Below are positions 12,401 to 25,125 of a stretch of 64,000 nucleotides of DNA, piece by piece. The DNA comes from Phoronis australis (lineage: Eukaryota; Animalia; Phoronida): contig NMRA01000468.1 of the NCBI GenBank assembly GCA_002633005.1, positions 62,001 through 126,000 on the forward strand. Reading direction: 5' to 3'. A model generated the notes under the pieces. That model made no database searches. It worked only from the letters and a program-made list of their open reading frames with translations, and had not been told where the DNA came from. Numbering within the stretch: position 1 is the stretch's first letter; each line of letters starts with the position of its first letter. Both the position numbers and the translations under genes were made by a program.

Positions 12401-15400
12401 GGAGCTCATAGGTGATCCAATAATGTTAAAGCTTTGAATAGTCTCAAGTGGCCCAAAGTGTCTAATCGACGCAATCTTCATATGACCACATTTACTTTCA
12501 AAGCACCGAACAATGTCAACAGATGTCAAAAAATTATTTATTATACTACTTCCGCCCTCTAATATGCTATTCCTCCGTCGTTCTGTCAGGCATTAAGAAG
12601 GTTTACGGTTATGATGTGCATCAACAACAGGAATTTTCTTCCAGTCTCTGTTAAGGAGAGCAACTGTTTCGCGAGTATAAAAACCAATTTTAGAACTGTT
12701 TTTCACAATTTTGACAATTCAATAGCCCTGAAACAATGCTGGCTTCCTCGCGAAAACGAAATAGCATTGTACCGATCGAGATGCGATCTTTTCCTCAACT
12801 GCGACAAGTTTAGGCAACTATTGATTTTAGTAACGCCTCTTCATACTAAACAATTTGTCACACGTATGGGATGGTGTTGTGACGTCAATGCCGCACCTTC
12901 TGGTCAAAACGCCACCAATTGGCCAGATTAACGAAAACGTCACAAGCCTAGCTGAAGTCCGTGAGATGCGGACGCAATGTCGCTAATTTTTGTAAGTTTT
13001 TGTTCCGGTATTAGACTCAAACTTTATTTGTTTGTCTCTCCAAAATGTTTGTGCGGTGACCATCAATCATATTTTCTTCAAGTGTGCCTCATCGAATGCC
13101 CGAGAACTCACTCTTTCATACCCTTAATGAAAACCAATTAATTTTAAATGCTTTCAATTCCTGTAATAACATCTCTACCAAAGTTACATTACTATTAAAT
13201 GGTAGTCTTAACTTCGACCTTTCTCTCAATGTCATTAAATTTTTATGCATCGCTTATCGATGCTTCTGATTTCCTTATGTGTACATGTTTGTGTTTTTAA
13301 TATGTTCGTAATAGCATATTATCTAAATATTTGAATACTTAAAATAGATACTACTTACATGTATATAGTTCTATGTATACTACTTTCATCTGTGTACTGT
13401 CTACAACCCAGATAGGATGCTTCGCGATTTCTGGGTTTGTCATTATTTTCCTTGTATGCCCTGTGCATTCTTAATAAATGTATATCACCGTGAAAAAACA
13501 GGACAGCACGGCAACTTTTTTCTCCGTTGCTAACTCTATCGATACACATACTATCTCTATCGTTAGACTTACTAACTTTATCCATAGACTTATTATTGAA
13601 TTGGGCAAAGCGCGATTGTATGCACAGGCGGCCCGAAAGTTGCGGGGGCCGAGAATGTGCACTTCCTGTTCGCAAGATCTATCGATGGACTAAAAGTACG
13701 GATTACGACTCCCCCTCAGGCTTTACCGCCCTTACTTACTGGCCTCAATACTCAATATTTCCTCACGCTTCACGTTGTTAATGTTTCATTTTGCTTGCGG
13801 CAGCCAAGGGGGGGCGACCCCCTGGGCCCCCCTAAATCCGCCTATGTGTAACTAATTCTATCAATAGACTCACTAACTCTATCGATAGACTTGCTAACTC
13901 CCTCGATAGTCTTACTATCTCTATCAATAGGCTTATTAACTCTATCGATAGAGTGTTCTATGGGTTAAAAGTTCGTTCTGGGTTTGTCAGTAACTGGGCA
14001 AACAAGATACACCTGAGCTAGTTTTCAGAGTCGGTCATTGCTAATACGTTTGTGATATTGTCTAAAATCATGGTTTTTAGATCACTTAACTGTTCCTTTC
14101 AAGTTTGGCTGTATGTTGGCTGTGGCTCAGGAACTCATCTGTAGGCACCGAACAGACTGTTGAACTGAAGGCAACCTTTTTTCATGTCAGTTTTACTAAA
14201 AATATTTTTCAGTAAATAATGTCTACCTCTAATTTTATTAATTAGTCGTGTCTTACTCTGGAAGTGACGTTTAAGGGGTTCAGAATTTCCCTGCCATTTT
14301 GTTTCCATATAGTCTGATTTTGAGCTGTCGAGTCAGTCATTGTTTTACCCCAGTTCGGTCGTTGTTTGCGTTTGTTTACCAGTCAGTCAATATGCCGCAC
14401 GGTTGCTGCGTACCGCAGTCGGTACTCATTATCATCTCACGCGCACGGTTTTTAAGAGTCTACGATTCTTCACTTCAGACGGTTACACCTGTCGGCAATA
14501 GCTTCCATTTTTGAAGGCGTGCTGACCTTTGTTTCGAAGTGACATGTTTTAACCGTCTGTTTATCGCAAGTGCAATCATGTTGTGTGCAGTTGCCAGAGT
14601 TTTTTTCTTATAAACAAATATTCAATAATTGCTATTTTACATTTCACTCCAGACATTCACATTTGATATGAAAATTGAATGTATAAACATACAGTGTGGG
14701 ATCTGAACTACCTGTTTGAATTCGTCTTCGTGCAATACGAATTCGTTGAAGAGTCGAGACAGTGAAAATGGATTGTCACTCGGATCAGACGTTTTGTTAG
14801 GCTCACTTTTGAAACTTTATGCTTTCGAATATAGGCCCATGCGCCTAAATGCGACCATATACAGCATATGGCCTAAAGACAGTGCGGCAGCAATGATGTC
14901 TCTCAGTTGGATGTACAAATCTGCAGCCCCTGTAACTTCACTGGGCGTTTCTAATCCGTGTTCTGCCACCGTAGTACACAACTCGTCGTTATTGCAGGGA
15001 CGGTCAGAATTAAATGTACACTCCTGTTGGCAGGCTAAATCTTTTTTTTCGTCTACAGCACAATGACAATCGCTTGCCCCATACGTTTCAGGAAGAGTGT
15101 ACATCAAAAATGGCCTCTCATATTCCTCTATTGCCAGATCTTGTGTGTATTCCACACACGACTTCCTTCTGCAAAATTACAACGCCAACTTAGTTTTTAC
15201 ACTACACGACAATCTCACTTGCCCAACAAAGTTATGACTGCAATGGCAATGTTATTTTTACAGGGAATCTTTAGCTATTCACTCCCAAAGGGTTACAAAC
15301 TAGCGTAAATATGAGATTTAACCGGAAACTCTAACACAGCCATTATCATTTTTCTTGGAAAATTTATAAATAAATATAACAATTATAAGGTTTACGGAAT

Positions 15401-18400
15401 TGCAGCTTTAAAAATTACATCATTCGTATATTCTAGTCATAGGGTATTTGAGCCTGAGTAATTCTGAGGCTAATCAACGATAAATCTTAAGATGTAATAG
15501 GTGCAGTGAGCGAGCAGATCTGTTTTGTAACTGAAAGTTGAAGGTTCGTCACAAGAAACGTCGCCAAACTTTTAAATTCATTTTGTCATCAAACTTATGC
15601 AGCTTCATACAACAACACCCAGAAAAAATGTACATGTCCTTTTGTTCATGTACGTACTCTATGAAACAGAATCTGATAAATTCTTTATCAAAATTGCTTC
15701 CATAAAGATACCTAGACCTTGGAATTCGCAAAAAAGGGAGATCCGAACATCAATGTTTTATTTTTTGAGGATCCTCTACTACGATCCAATAAAACGTTGA
15801 CTGGTGGTGCTTTCGCCATACAGCAAGCTGTTTTGTCCTCCAAGCACATCCTAACGTAAGAATTCTCGCTTCTGGCACATTTTAGACAGCATTAATAATT
15901 ATTACGAACGGCCCATATATGATAGCCTGCAAGGACCCTTGGGGCACTGTTTGGGCTTCAACTTATAATAACCCTCAATACAGACATTAATCCAAATGTT
16001 GTAACCCTTTTCAATGTCAATATTAGAAATATTACGGTTCTTTGATTATACCAGACATATTTTTCAATTAATAACGGCTTCACATAATTTTATTAATTTG
16101 TCGTGCCTTTTCCCGGCAGCGACGTTTAGGGATAGGGGGTTAAGAATTTCCCGCCATTTTGTTTTCGTATGGTCTGACTGTGTGACTTGTTGAGTCAGTC
16201 ATTGTTTTGCCTCGGTTGTTTAAGAGTCAGTCAGCATGCCGCACGGTTGCTGCTTACTGGGGTGTACTTGTTATCATCTCACGCGCACTTTGGTAATGCC
16301 ACTACACCGCTTTCCGAAAGATGACACGCTTCGCCGTACTTGGCTTGTTGGTGTGAAGAACGCTGCGTTACCGTCCACGCAACGTACAAAGCAGTGGAGG
16401 ATTAGTTTGTGGCAAGCATTTTCTGCCGCTGGATAACGAAAGAGATATGAACGCGGAATCTGTGAAGGTTCCTGCAAAACAAGCCCTGAAGAAGGGTGTC
16501 ATACCGTCGCTGTTGGTTCCCGGAAGTGTTCCGTCGTCAACCCTGAGAAGTGCATTTTAAGCGAAATGGCCCCGCGAGCTGTGACCTCTACAGTGACTGG
16601 AGGCGCGTCATCTACTGTCACCCGTGGCTCGACACGTTTACAAGAGCGTGCAATTCCGATAACTAGCAGTGATTTGTCCTTTGTTGGTGTTTACTGTAGC
16701 TCAAAGCCTGTAAGCAGCACCGCAGCGATGTTGAGTAGTGGTAGTGAACAAAGGCCAAGTTCGACATCCAGTGCCGAGGAGAACAGTTCGTACGTCGTCC
16801 AGTGGTCAGGCCGGTGAGCCAAACTTCGATAAGTTTTTGTGGACTTGACTAAAGTATATTGGAGCTATTTAGAAGATGCCAGGTGTGTAGCGAGTCACAC
16901 GGCGGGATGTAAGCGGTTTGGGTGCGCAGCCGGGTGGGAACAGCACAGGCATTCCATTGACTGAGGTCGGCGTAACAGTGCACATCTTGCAGTTGCACCA
17001 AGACAACTGTCTGTATTCGAGTCCCTCACTATACTCGGACTCAAACATATATCCACCCACAGCTAATACAAAGTAAAAGATTCCTAAATCCAACAAACGT
17101 AACTGAGTTCTCTACTACTGAACAATGTAACTTGTCGTAGAGTACTCGTCGACCGATGGGAAGTGGTGACGACAATTTTAGGAGACCAACACAAAAGCAA
17201 CGGAAGAACAGATCCTCACAGTAACTCGAAAGAACTAGAAACGGTCGGAATGAAGGGAAATTTCATAACTCCCTAAACGTCACTTCCGGAGAAGTGCACG
17301 ACTAATTGATAACATTACGGGCAGCCGTAATTAACTGCATTTGTCTGGGATAATCAACAAACCGTGTTTTTACCAAACATGACACGAAAAAGGGTTGCCT
17401 TCCCCTCAAGTTAAAAGAGTCCGTAATTATGCCAAACGGCATTCGGTGGACGGACTCCATACCTCCTACGACGTAGCCGTTTACAACGTCTGGCTTCAAC
17501 TTCCGGCCAGCAGGATCAATGACAGTTAACAACTGCCGAATTGTCTCTCGTGGTACAGTTAATCCATTCGCTAAGCGCTTCTGATACATAAGTGTATGGC
17601 CGTGCATCTGAAGCCCGGCTTGTTCTTCAACAAAACGAAGCACTTCATCTGTTTCCTACTGTCGCCGCTCAGTGCTAGGGTTCGTTTCATGAAAATTGTT
17701 TTAAGAGAGGGATTTGTCATATTGCTTCACACAGCTGTGTGAAGTGACCCAATTTCTGCCTGAGGTCTTTTCGCGTCAGCCTCAGCTACAACATTTGATG
17801 CGTCGTCAAACAGTATAGGACGTCACTTTAGAATACGCTTCAAGATCGAGAATTTCGCAACAGAATTCGCGACCACCGGTGAAAAAGTGATAGCCATTAT
17901 CGAGTCGACGCTTGGTTGAGATGAGAATCCTTGACTACATATATGGAGGATTCTATTGACAACGACGAAATTCATCAGAGAGAGTGTTTAGGCCCCCCTC
18001 CCGCCTGAAATCGTACCGCTTCTATACGAGTTTACGCTGAAGTTTATCTAAACAAAAATATTCTGTTTACAGGTTTGTGCGTGGCCTTTTGCCCTGTGTG
18101 CTATGAGTGTCACTTGGCATCCAAGATGGGCGAAAGCTGTTGCGTGCCTTGCTCTGTCCCAGGGTCACTCATAGCCCTGCGCGCCTATTTCAGAGGAAAA
18201 CACAACATATCGGTAGGTATAAAACTGTCGCATGCTGTCTATTTGTCACGCCTGCGCACACTGGCAAAAGTTTGTTGCGGAGGTTCCACACAGTTTATCA
18301 AAAGCCCTAAAAGCAGTGTTTTACTATATTTTACAGTTTTTAAAATATTTGTGAGTATTTTCATATGATGGATTATTTAGTTCAGGTCTGCCAACGCTTC

Positions 18401-19700
18401 GTAATTTCCCGCTTTTTTGGGGGTTTTCATACTTTTTCAATTATTCATACTTTTTATCAAGATTTGTTCATGGGTAAATTTCTTATATGTAGCGAAGAAA
18501 CATCTAGTTATAAGAACTGCAATGAAATGCAATAACCATGATAACTGTATCAGCTAAAATTTTTAGACTGTTGGATCGCACAATGGCTCCTCTTTGACGC
18601 CAAGGTGAAGTTCAAGTTTAAATTGAAGAGTAATAATCATTGTATTTTTGTACTTATCGATTATTTGCCAACCATGACCTTGGCCTGGATATGGGAACAG
18701 CCTGCGTGTGTGTTGGGAGGGGGGGGGGGGTTANNNNTCTGTTGTTTGTGTTTGCTGGAAGAGGGTTGTTTGTGTATGTACCTATCTCTGTTAAACTTCT
18801 GTATGTGTGAAAGTAAGAGTGCAAGCAAACAACGTACCATAGCATGTGTATGCATGTTGGCTTGTATTTTACTTTGTAGCAGGAAGAGATCTATTCCTGT
18901 TTGTAGTGAAGCCGCGTCTACACGTGAAGCCGTGTCTACACGTGAAGCCGCGTCTGCACGTGAAGCCGCGTCTACACGTGAAGCCGCGTCTACACGTGAA
19001 GCCGCGACTACACGTGAAGCCGCGTCTACACGTGAAGCCGCGTCTATATCCTGAATGAAGCACATTACCTAAATACTTAACACTTTGAAAAAACAAGGAC
19101 AGAACTTTTTAAAATAACCGCGATGAGAGTGAAGCCTTAACTCGGTGCCCGTCATGTGAAACGGTAATTATTAGTGTGTGTTCAAGACAGTGTATTAAAA
19201 AGAAAGGCACAATAAAACATTCAATAGCAAACGTGTGCGTATATTTCGGACACAGTCGCCTGCGCACATACATGAAGCTTTCTGTGATAGCAAGTATAGC
19301 AGCATATGTTAATAAAAACAACAACGGATATGAACTGGCTTGACATGTTTCGGCGTTTATTGAAACACCGTCATCAGATGAAACACATAGTGGCCACCGA
19401 AACATGTCAAGCCCGTTCCAATCCGTTGTTTTCATTAACAAATGGAGCTTTGACGCATGCGCGGAATACTTGAGCAAAATACGAAAAACGCTTGTACCCA
19501 AATACATTAGTGTGCTATATGCGTCTCATTGAATCTTTGTTATCCCACAGGGCTCCATCATGGACGACTGCTGCATGGTGGCCTGTTGCTATCCGTGCAC
19601 CGTGTGCCAGCTGTCTCGAGAGGTCGACAGAATGAACAACACCACGGTGATTGTGCAGGGAGGCTCCACCACCACCACCACCGTCGCAAACGTCATATAA
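9454..19700 (+). CDS. PLAC8/cornifelin-family cysteine-rich protein, 172 aa; coding exons 9454-9570, 11050-11161, 18073-18212, 19551-19700
   Basis: All introns are GT-AG with consistent phases (0,1,0); the joined protein reads MAQFNKESYGYDQPGQPPSY...TVIVQQP...PRTWSSGICACCEDMTICLCVAFCPVCYECHLASKMGESCCVPC...LIALRAYFRGKHNISGSIMDDCCMVACCYPCTVCQLSREV..., the canonical PLAC8 domain. Confidence 0.92.
9579..10079 (+). mobile_element. Helentron/DINE-1-like (HINE-type) non-autonomous element, running into the N-gap; related copy at ~60462-60900
   Basis: Starts in a T-run with the hairpin atgcgcccacata-ttta-tatgtggacgcat, then (GTCC)n, then internal repeats with tgaaatttggc and cctagtggc. Confidence 0.6.
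10080..10411. other. Assembly gap (N run)
   Basis: Run of N. Confidence 1.
13528..13955 (+). repeat. 21-bp minisatellite (~ctaactctatcgatagactta) split by a ~240-bp insertion
   Basis: Degenerate units at 13528-13595 and 13850-13955. Confidence 0.75.
14200..14450 (+). mobile_element. Truncated second copy of the left end of the THAP-bearing element
   Basis: ttattaattagtcgtg...gacgttta...gaatttccc...gccattttgttt...atgccgcacggttgctgc matches ~16088-16290. Confidence 0.7.
14850..17700 (-). pseudogene. Decayed integrase-core (DDE) transposase gene (Clr5/rve-type, IS3EU-like by inference), split by an insertion at ~16000-17410
   Basis: Minus-strand fragments in the expected order: VEEQ..GLQMHGHTLMYQK..NGLTVPRETIRQLLTVIDPAG (17640-17500), WH..DS, IWINVCIEGY, NSAPRVLAGY, NSLLYGESTTSQR, FDKEFIRFCF, RPFLMYTLPETYGASDC...AADLYIQLR; contains stops and frameshifts. 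Confidence 0.7.
16000..17410. mobile_element. Internally deleted Kolobok-like DNA transposon: THAP-domain remnant (+, from 16236) and Cys-rich P2X7-ballast/KolX-like remnant (-, ~16930-17040)
   Basis: ~150-bp imperfect inverted repeats (16000-16152 vs 17254-17405); MPHGCC..GC...LHRFPKDDTLRRTWL..(frameshift)..VCGKHF...LKKGVIPSL is a THAP C2CH signature; the convergent strand reads LSWCNCKMCTVTPT..ECLCC. Confidence 0.7.
18906..19046 (+). repeat. 18-bp intronic minisatellite (GTGAAGCCGCGTCTACAC), ~8 copies
   Basis: Direct tandem copies; it produces the spurious EAASTR/VKPRLH ORFs. Confidence 0.95.
19282..19451 (-). mobile_element. Palindromic insertion carrying a Penelope-type minimal hammerhead ribozyme core (19342-19377, minus strand)
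   Basis: Absent from the paralogous intron; flanked by gaagcttt/ggagcttt; the minus strand reads CUGAUGA-C-GGUGUUU-CAAU-AAACGCC-GAAA-CAUG-UC; the arms are inverted repeats. Confidence 0.6.
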
Positions 19701-22700
19701 AGCGCCTTCGTGTATTACACCGTTCTGCTGCGTGTTAACCTAAATATGCTCCTAAATTCAGCACCCGTATATTATAATTATAAGTTATACTAAGGACGCT
19801 TAGGAAGAAACAGTTTCAAGATATGTTCAAGTAACACCCATGAGTTCCATGGAGGACTGGTGCAAATAGTTGCGTTTTCCATTTGAATTTGAATCACTTC
19901 TTATAGTAGGTGCAAAGTGATATCAACCCACACACAGGCAACCACACACAGACACACACGCACACAAATACACGCCTTAGCACTGTTGCACTCGTTTTTT
20001 GTATGAAGTTATGTAAGTCGTTCGTAGAGTTAAATAAAAAGCTTGACTAAGACTGTAATATCATTTTTTTAAAAGCAGGCTTATTTTAGCACTATACTTA
20101 GGTAGGTCTCAAAACTCAAATGTTTGCCATGCAGTTGTGAAGTCGGGCACCATGGAAATCTTATCATATTGGGATAGCACTGGGTGGTACCTACTGGATC
20201 AAAGACGCTGGCGTTTATAATCCCTATACGCGACGGACCAGGGTGTGCGTGTGAAAAGTTGCATTGGTCCCGTAGGAGCACAATTAAAGCTATGGCTAGG
20301 GTCTCCCTTCGGGTATGACCAAAAAAGTCTTTTTAGAGCAAACGCCAAGGTTTATCCCTAAAATTTGTGATAACCCTTGGTAATAACCTAGACACTATTG
20401 TATTTTAAAATTTGTTACGAAATGGCTCGCAAGTGAGGGAAAGTTTATTTTTCAGAAAAGATAATTAGTACGAAAGAAGTGTTCTACACCAGCTGACGTA
20501 ACCTTAAGGCAACAGTTTGAGAAATGGTAGGCAATTAAAACAATGTTGGAAGCCTTTGGGAATGAAAAAAAAAGTTTTGGCAATTATTTTCATTTTGGTG
20601 AGACTTAACTGAATTTAGTCTCTTCGACTGGGAGGAGCATTGCATAAAACTGTTCTCAAATATAACTATTAAGTGGCATAAGCAAAGTACACTTAAACTA
20701 CTGATTTAAAAAACCTACTGCTTCAACTGGCGTGTGGTATCTGGTCGTCGACAAATACTGTTTTCTTTTTAGTTTTTTTTGGGGTGTTTGCCGCCCTATC
20801 GACCAAAACACTTTAAGGAGGATTAGGAAAATTGGCACGTGGGTTCCTCAGTGTTGGGAAGGGGACGACTGACGATGATTTTCAGTTGGCTCCGGCTACT
20901 GTGATTTCTTCTAGTGATAGTTTTGGTGTTTTTGCGTCCGTGGCAGTATCTCGTGAACCTCTTGCAGGTTTTGTATGTGCAAATGTATTTCAATGAAAAT
21001 GGCAACAGATGGCGTGGTCTTTCGTACGTAACCGACCACCACTGTGCTCCCAAGCGGCAGTTTCAATTTTTAATCAAGTGCATTTTTCGTTTGTTATTTT
21101 TGAGTTTTGGTGTCTGCTTCTCTATTGGCCAAATCACTCCAAGGATCATCGTGAAAATTGGCATGTGTGGAGGTGCTCGTCTGGAAGTGCGTGGCTGATA
21201 ATGAACGGGTCTGACTGATGTGGTGCCCTGTCGTGGCAATTTTATTTTTGGGGTATCCTGCTCGATACGGGGTCATCCCGGGTGTGTCCCAAATTCTATG
21301 TGTCCCGTTTCCCTATATACGGGCCGGGTTCTATGTGTCCCAGTTTTCTTTGCATCGGACGGGGTTTTGTTTTTTAGTGTGGTTGTGATTGTAATTAGGA
21401 CTACTTATGTATGTAAAGTAGCGCTACAGAGGTCAAAATTGCTTACCTTTTAATTGGATTGAAAATGGCCTCAACATAGTCATTTGGACAAACAATGGTC
21501 ATTTCTTATGAAACCTGCGCGTACTAGCTCTCCCAGTTTGAATGTTATGTATGACCTTTTCCTTCTGAAATTTGTGATTTTATGCCAAAGTGTCATGTGA
21601 CCTTGGCATTGAATGAGCTTGTAAAAACCGATAATAGATCAAGCAAGATTTTCAAATAAACTTGCGTTCCATCGCAGAAATTTAAGGAACACCGGTTTAT
21701 AACTGTATAAATATTCATGACTTTCACCTTTGCACTCGGGAATTAAAGAATAGAATCGAATTTGTTGACTGTTTTGCGACTATAGATTCTCCTCTAGGCG
21801 CATATTTTATTATTTTCTATAGTCGGTGATTTGGACTTTACTATTTAACTAATTATTACTGTTCTATGAGCGCCTTTACCGATTATAATTACGGAATTGT
21901 ACATTGCCTGCAATGAAAACTCGAGGTAGAACGTAAATCGATTATGAAATTAAATAGCAGTGCCTTTATTCGTGTTGTGTCGAGCACTCGTTGAGCTCTG
22001 AGTAAACACAAAAGATTTCATTGTGAAGGGTAAACACAACCTCTCTAGGAGACATAGATACGGCAACGCAAGCTAAGCAACGGCGAATGTAGCACGCTGC
22101 TGTCAGAGTAGACGGGGCTATCGACCGCATTGGGTGCTAGATCTGACTCTTGACTGACTTTTTGGCTCCCGAAAGGTAACTTAATGTAATACTAATCTCA
22201 GAATATACGATATAAGTTGTCTTTACCGTAGTTAAACCTGTGCGTTTAGTAGACATACAAAAATGTTTGCTTACAACAGTGTGATCTCGTGACAAAAAGA
22301 GTCGTCTACGAGGGATTTCATTGATGTGAGTGGTTTTCCCTGCTTTTAATGATACAAAATTCAATTACAGTGAAACTGGCAACTTTTGGGTCATCTATTA
22401 CATTTTCGAAGGTCATCGTGCCGGTGAGTTGTGGACTCTATTTCGTTGGGGGTGCGAGTTTTCAAAGCCCTCTTAGATCGTGTATGAGTACAGACACGTC
22501 GTACATAAAAAAACAGTTAACCTAGAAAAAGTGGATACTCGAGGAGTTCCACTTGACTCCAGTTCCGGTATCGCCAGTGATAATCCGTCTTGCAGTGAGC
22601 TTTGAGTGACGCACCAGTTGAACAAAGTTCACATTGCTGAGAATTGTATGTTTTCGTAAGGCGCCCCTCCAGAATGTCAACATAACCTCTTTTACAAGCG

Positions 22701-24699
22701 CTGGTTTGTTTGATGTCAGTCATATTTTGTGTACTCACTCTCGGGCCCGAACACACGCATTCAATACACTGTGGCTCACTGGGCATGTTCACATATAGTT
22801 ATTTTGTACTTGTTTAAAACAGTTATCTGAATCGTAGACTATGTCACAGTAACACATAATAAATACAAATCTTCTGCTAAGCAGGCCTCAGTGTAGGCCG
22901 CGTGTTGATCCTAAGTTCTGCGGTAGTGAAACTCACTATATATATAACAGGAAAGTGTCTGAGGCAGCTGTACTTTCACAAATGAATACCCTGTATTTAT
23001 TTATCAATTAGGTCTAGTTAGGTTGTGAAGCTAGTTTTTCATGAGCAATGCGATAACGGTAACTCCCATGACCGAAAAACGTCACATCGATTACAGCACT
23101 GAAAGTACACCTACAATAAAAATGAAATCATAAAATGTAGGACTAGTTCACTCTTCTCGTGAATTTTATGGAAGTGTACTGGAGAGTGACTTCCCTTGTT
23201 GTTTTTGTAAGTTAACACGAACGGGCCGGTAGTCCCATCCTACATTACGACTACTTTTTACAGCGTCGCCTACGATTCTCAATCAGGATGTCCCATCACA
23301 GTAGCCGAATACAGTCGTCGAGCAGCAGCACCTCGCAGGCCAGTCGAGCTGCGCCGCCTCCAGGCGCTGCTGCCCCGACTCGGGCTCCACCTGCCACTGG
23401 CCCAAGGGCGAAATCGCATTCAGTCGTACTCGGTTACGGACCGTTCGACGTCATTGCAGCACCACCGGCAAATTTGTACACGGGTAAGAGTGATAGGGCT
23501 AAAATGGCCTCGACCCGGCTACCAAGTTCATTTGCATATTTACCCGGCCCTAGTTGACAACAGTATGAAAATAATACTGAATAAGAAAGCGTGTTTTATC
23601 CTTTAAATCAACCTACAAAGAAGCAACCTACTTGAATAATGCAAAGTAATGGACTGATGAGTAATGAACTGTAGTAATCAATTATGACGAGACTGTAATG
23701 ACCTTCCTCCGTCAATGGACCTAATTCACGCGGCGGACATAAAAATCCAAAGCGAGGCTCTCTGCGATAAACAAAGTATAAGTTGACATTGCGTGAGTTA
23801 AATGGCCGGTCTGCCGAGTCCAACCTGGATATTAAATCTTAAAAATATATCAATCATTAACCACAGAGGCGTAGAAAAATACATTAGAGAACATGTTAAT
23901 GAACCAAACAGTTGTCTGACGAAAGGGTATAATTTTTTTTTCGGAAAACTGGGTTCGAAACATGAACAGTAAATATGACCAAATTGCGACGATCGTGGTG
24001 TTACGGATTAGGCATTATGCTGAATACAGGGTTACGTTTCTTCTTGTAAATTGGTCATCTGCTCGTATTGTTGGAGTTGAAGATATATTCGGCAGTGGTG
24101 GCTCATCGCATTTTGCTGTCATGTGCAATTAGTCTAATATGGTTTAATTTCAGTTGATCAAGAATAATAGCAGCACCTAGTTAGGTAGGCACTACCGGGA
24201 CTCAAAGTTGATTTGTCATTGATCTGAAAGAATAATTGATGTTATTAAATGTGTATATTTATTAAGATAAAAACCAGGCTCGTAATTGAAAATATTTAAA
24301 TTATTTGACCATTCATTTCGTGTGTTATGTTTCAAATATCAATCTGGACCAAATTGAATTTTAAAATTAAAACACCTAATTCTTTCGTCCAAAGCATATC
24401 TCGTTTTAGAGCTCAATTTCAGTTAACTGGACAGAACAAGTAGTGGATTTAGAGGGGGGCCAAGGGGAGCCATGCCCCCCCCCCCCCCCCNGAGGGGAAT
24501 TTTTGTCGCCGAATGAGGTGAAAAATCTACTAGCACCCCCGCCCTGTTGCAAGCTTTCATAGGCTCTGTCTCAAGTAGCATTTTGTGCTTTTCACATCGT
24601 CACCGGTGTGGTTACAGCCGGGTGATTTGAACTTCGGTGATCACTAGAAGGGGAATTTTAATTAGGCCTCGTGGGGGATTTTTTAATACTTTTGCGGAG

Positions 24700-25125
24700 A
24701 AGGCAATACGGCCGAGTTCGGTCCCAAAATCTAGGGATTGAGGGCCCTGTCCTTTTTGGAAAGAAAAATGCATCGTGTTTCAACCCGTAGTCATAATAAC
24801 ACAGCCTGGTTGGCCGAAGAGTCACCGGGCCGTTTGTTCAGTTGCTATGATGCTCGGCAACCGCCAGATGTGACAAAATATGATCTGACTTATCGAAAAT
24901 ATTCATTAATTTTACACGGGCATATTTTCCTTCGTTGCGGCGTATGGCAACGACCCAACGCTTCCGAATCTCAACGTCCTTAGGGATTGTAAAACAGACA
25001 TTTGAGTGTCCGTATTTTTTTGAGCCGTTCGAGCAACGCGGAATACAACTATGCGCATAAGCGAGCTATCGTAGCGAGACTCGTTTTGGAATGCGCTTCC
25101 TGTCGGCGTGAATTAGGTCTATACG
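24700..25125 (+). repeat. ~430-bp interspersed repeat; second copy at ~40720-41150
   Basis: Shared ggattgagggccctgtcctttttggaaagaaaaatg ... gtgaattaggtctatac. Confidence 0.85.

Noticed and set aside
18605-19096. ORFs with EAASTR/VKPRLH/CRRGFT repeats
   Set aside because: Translations of an 18-bp intronic minisatellite
22517-22792. Minus-strand Cys-containing ORF
   Set aside because: No recognisable domain and no convincing pair of splice sites
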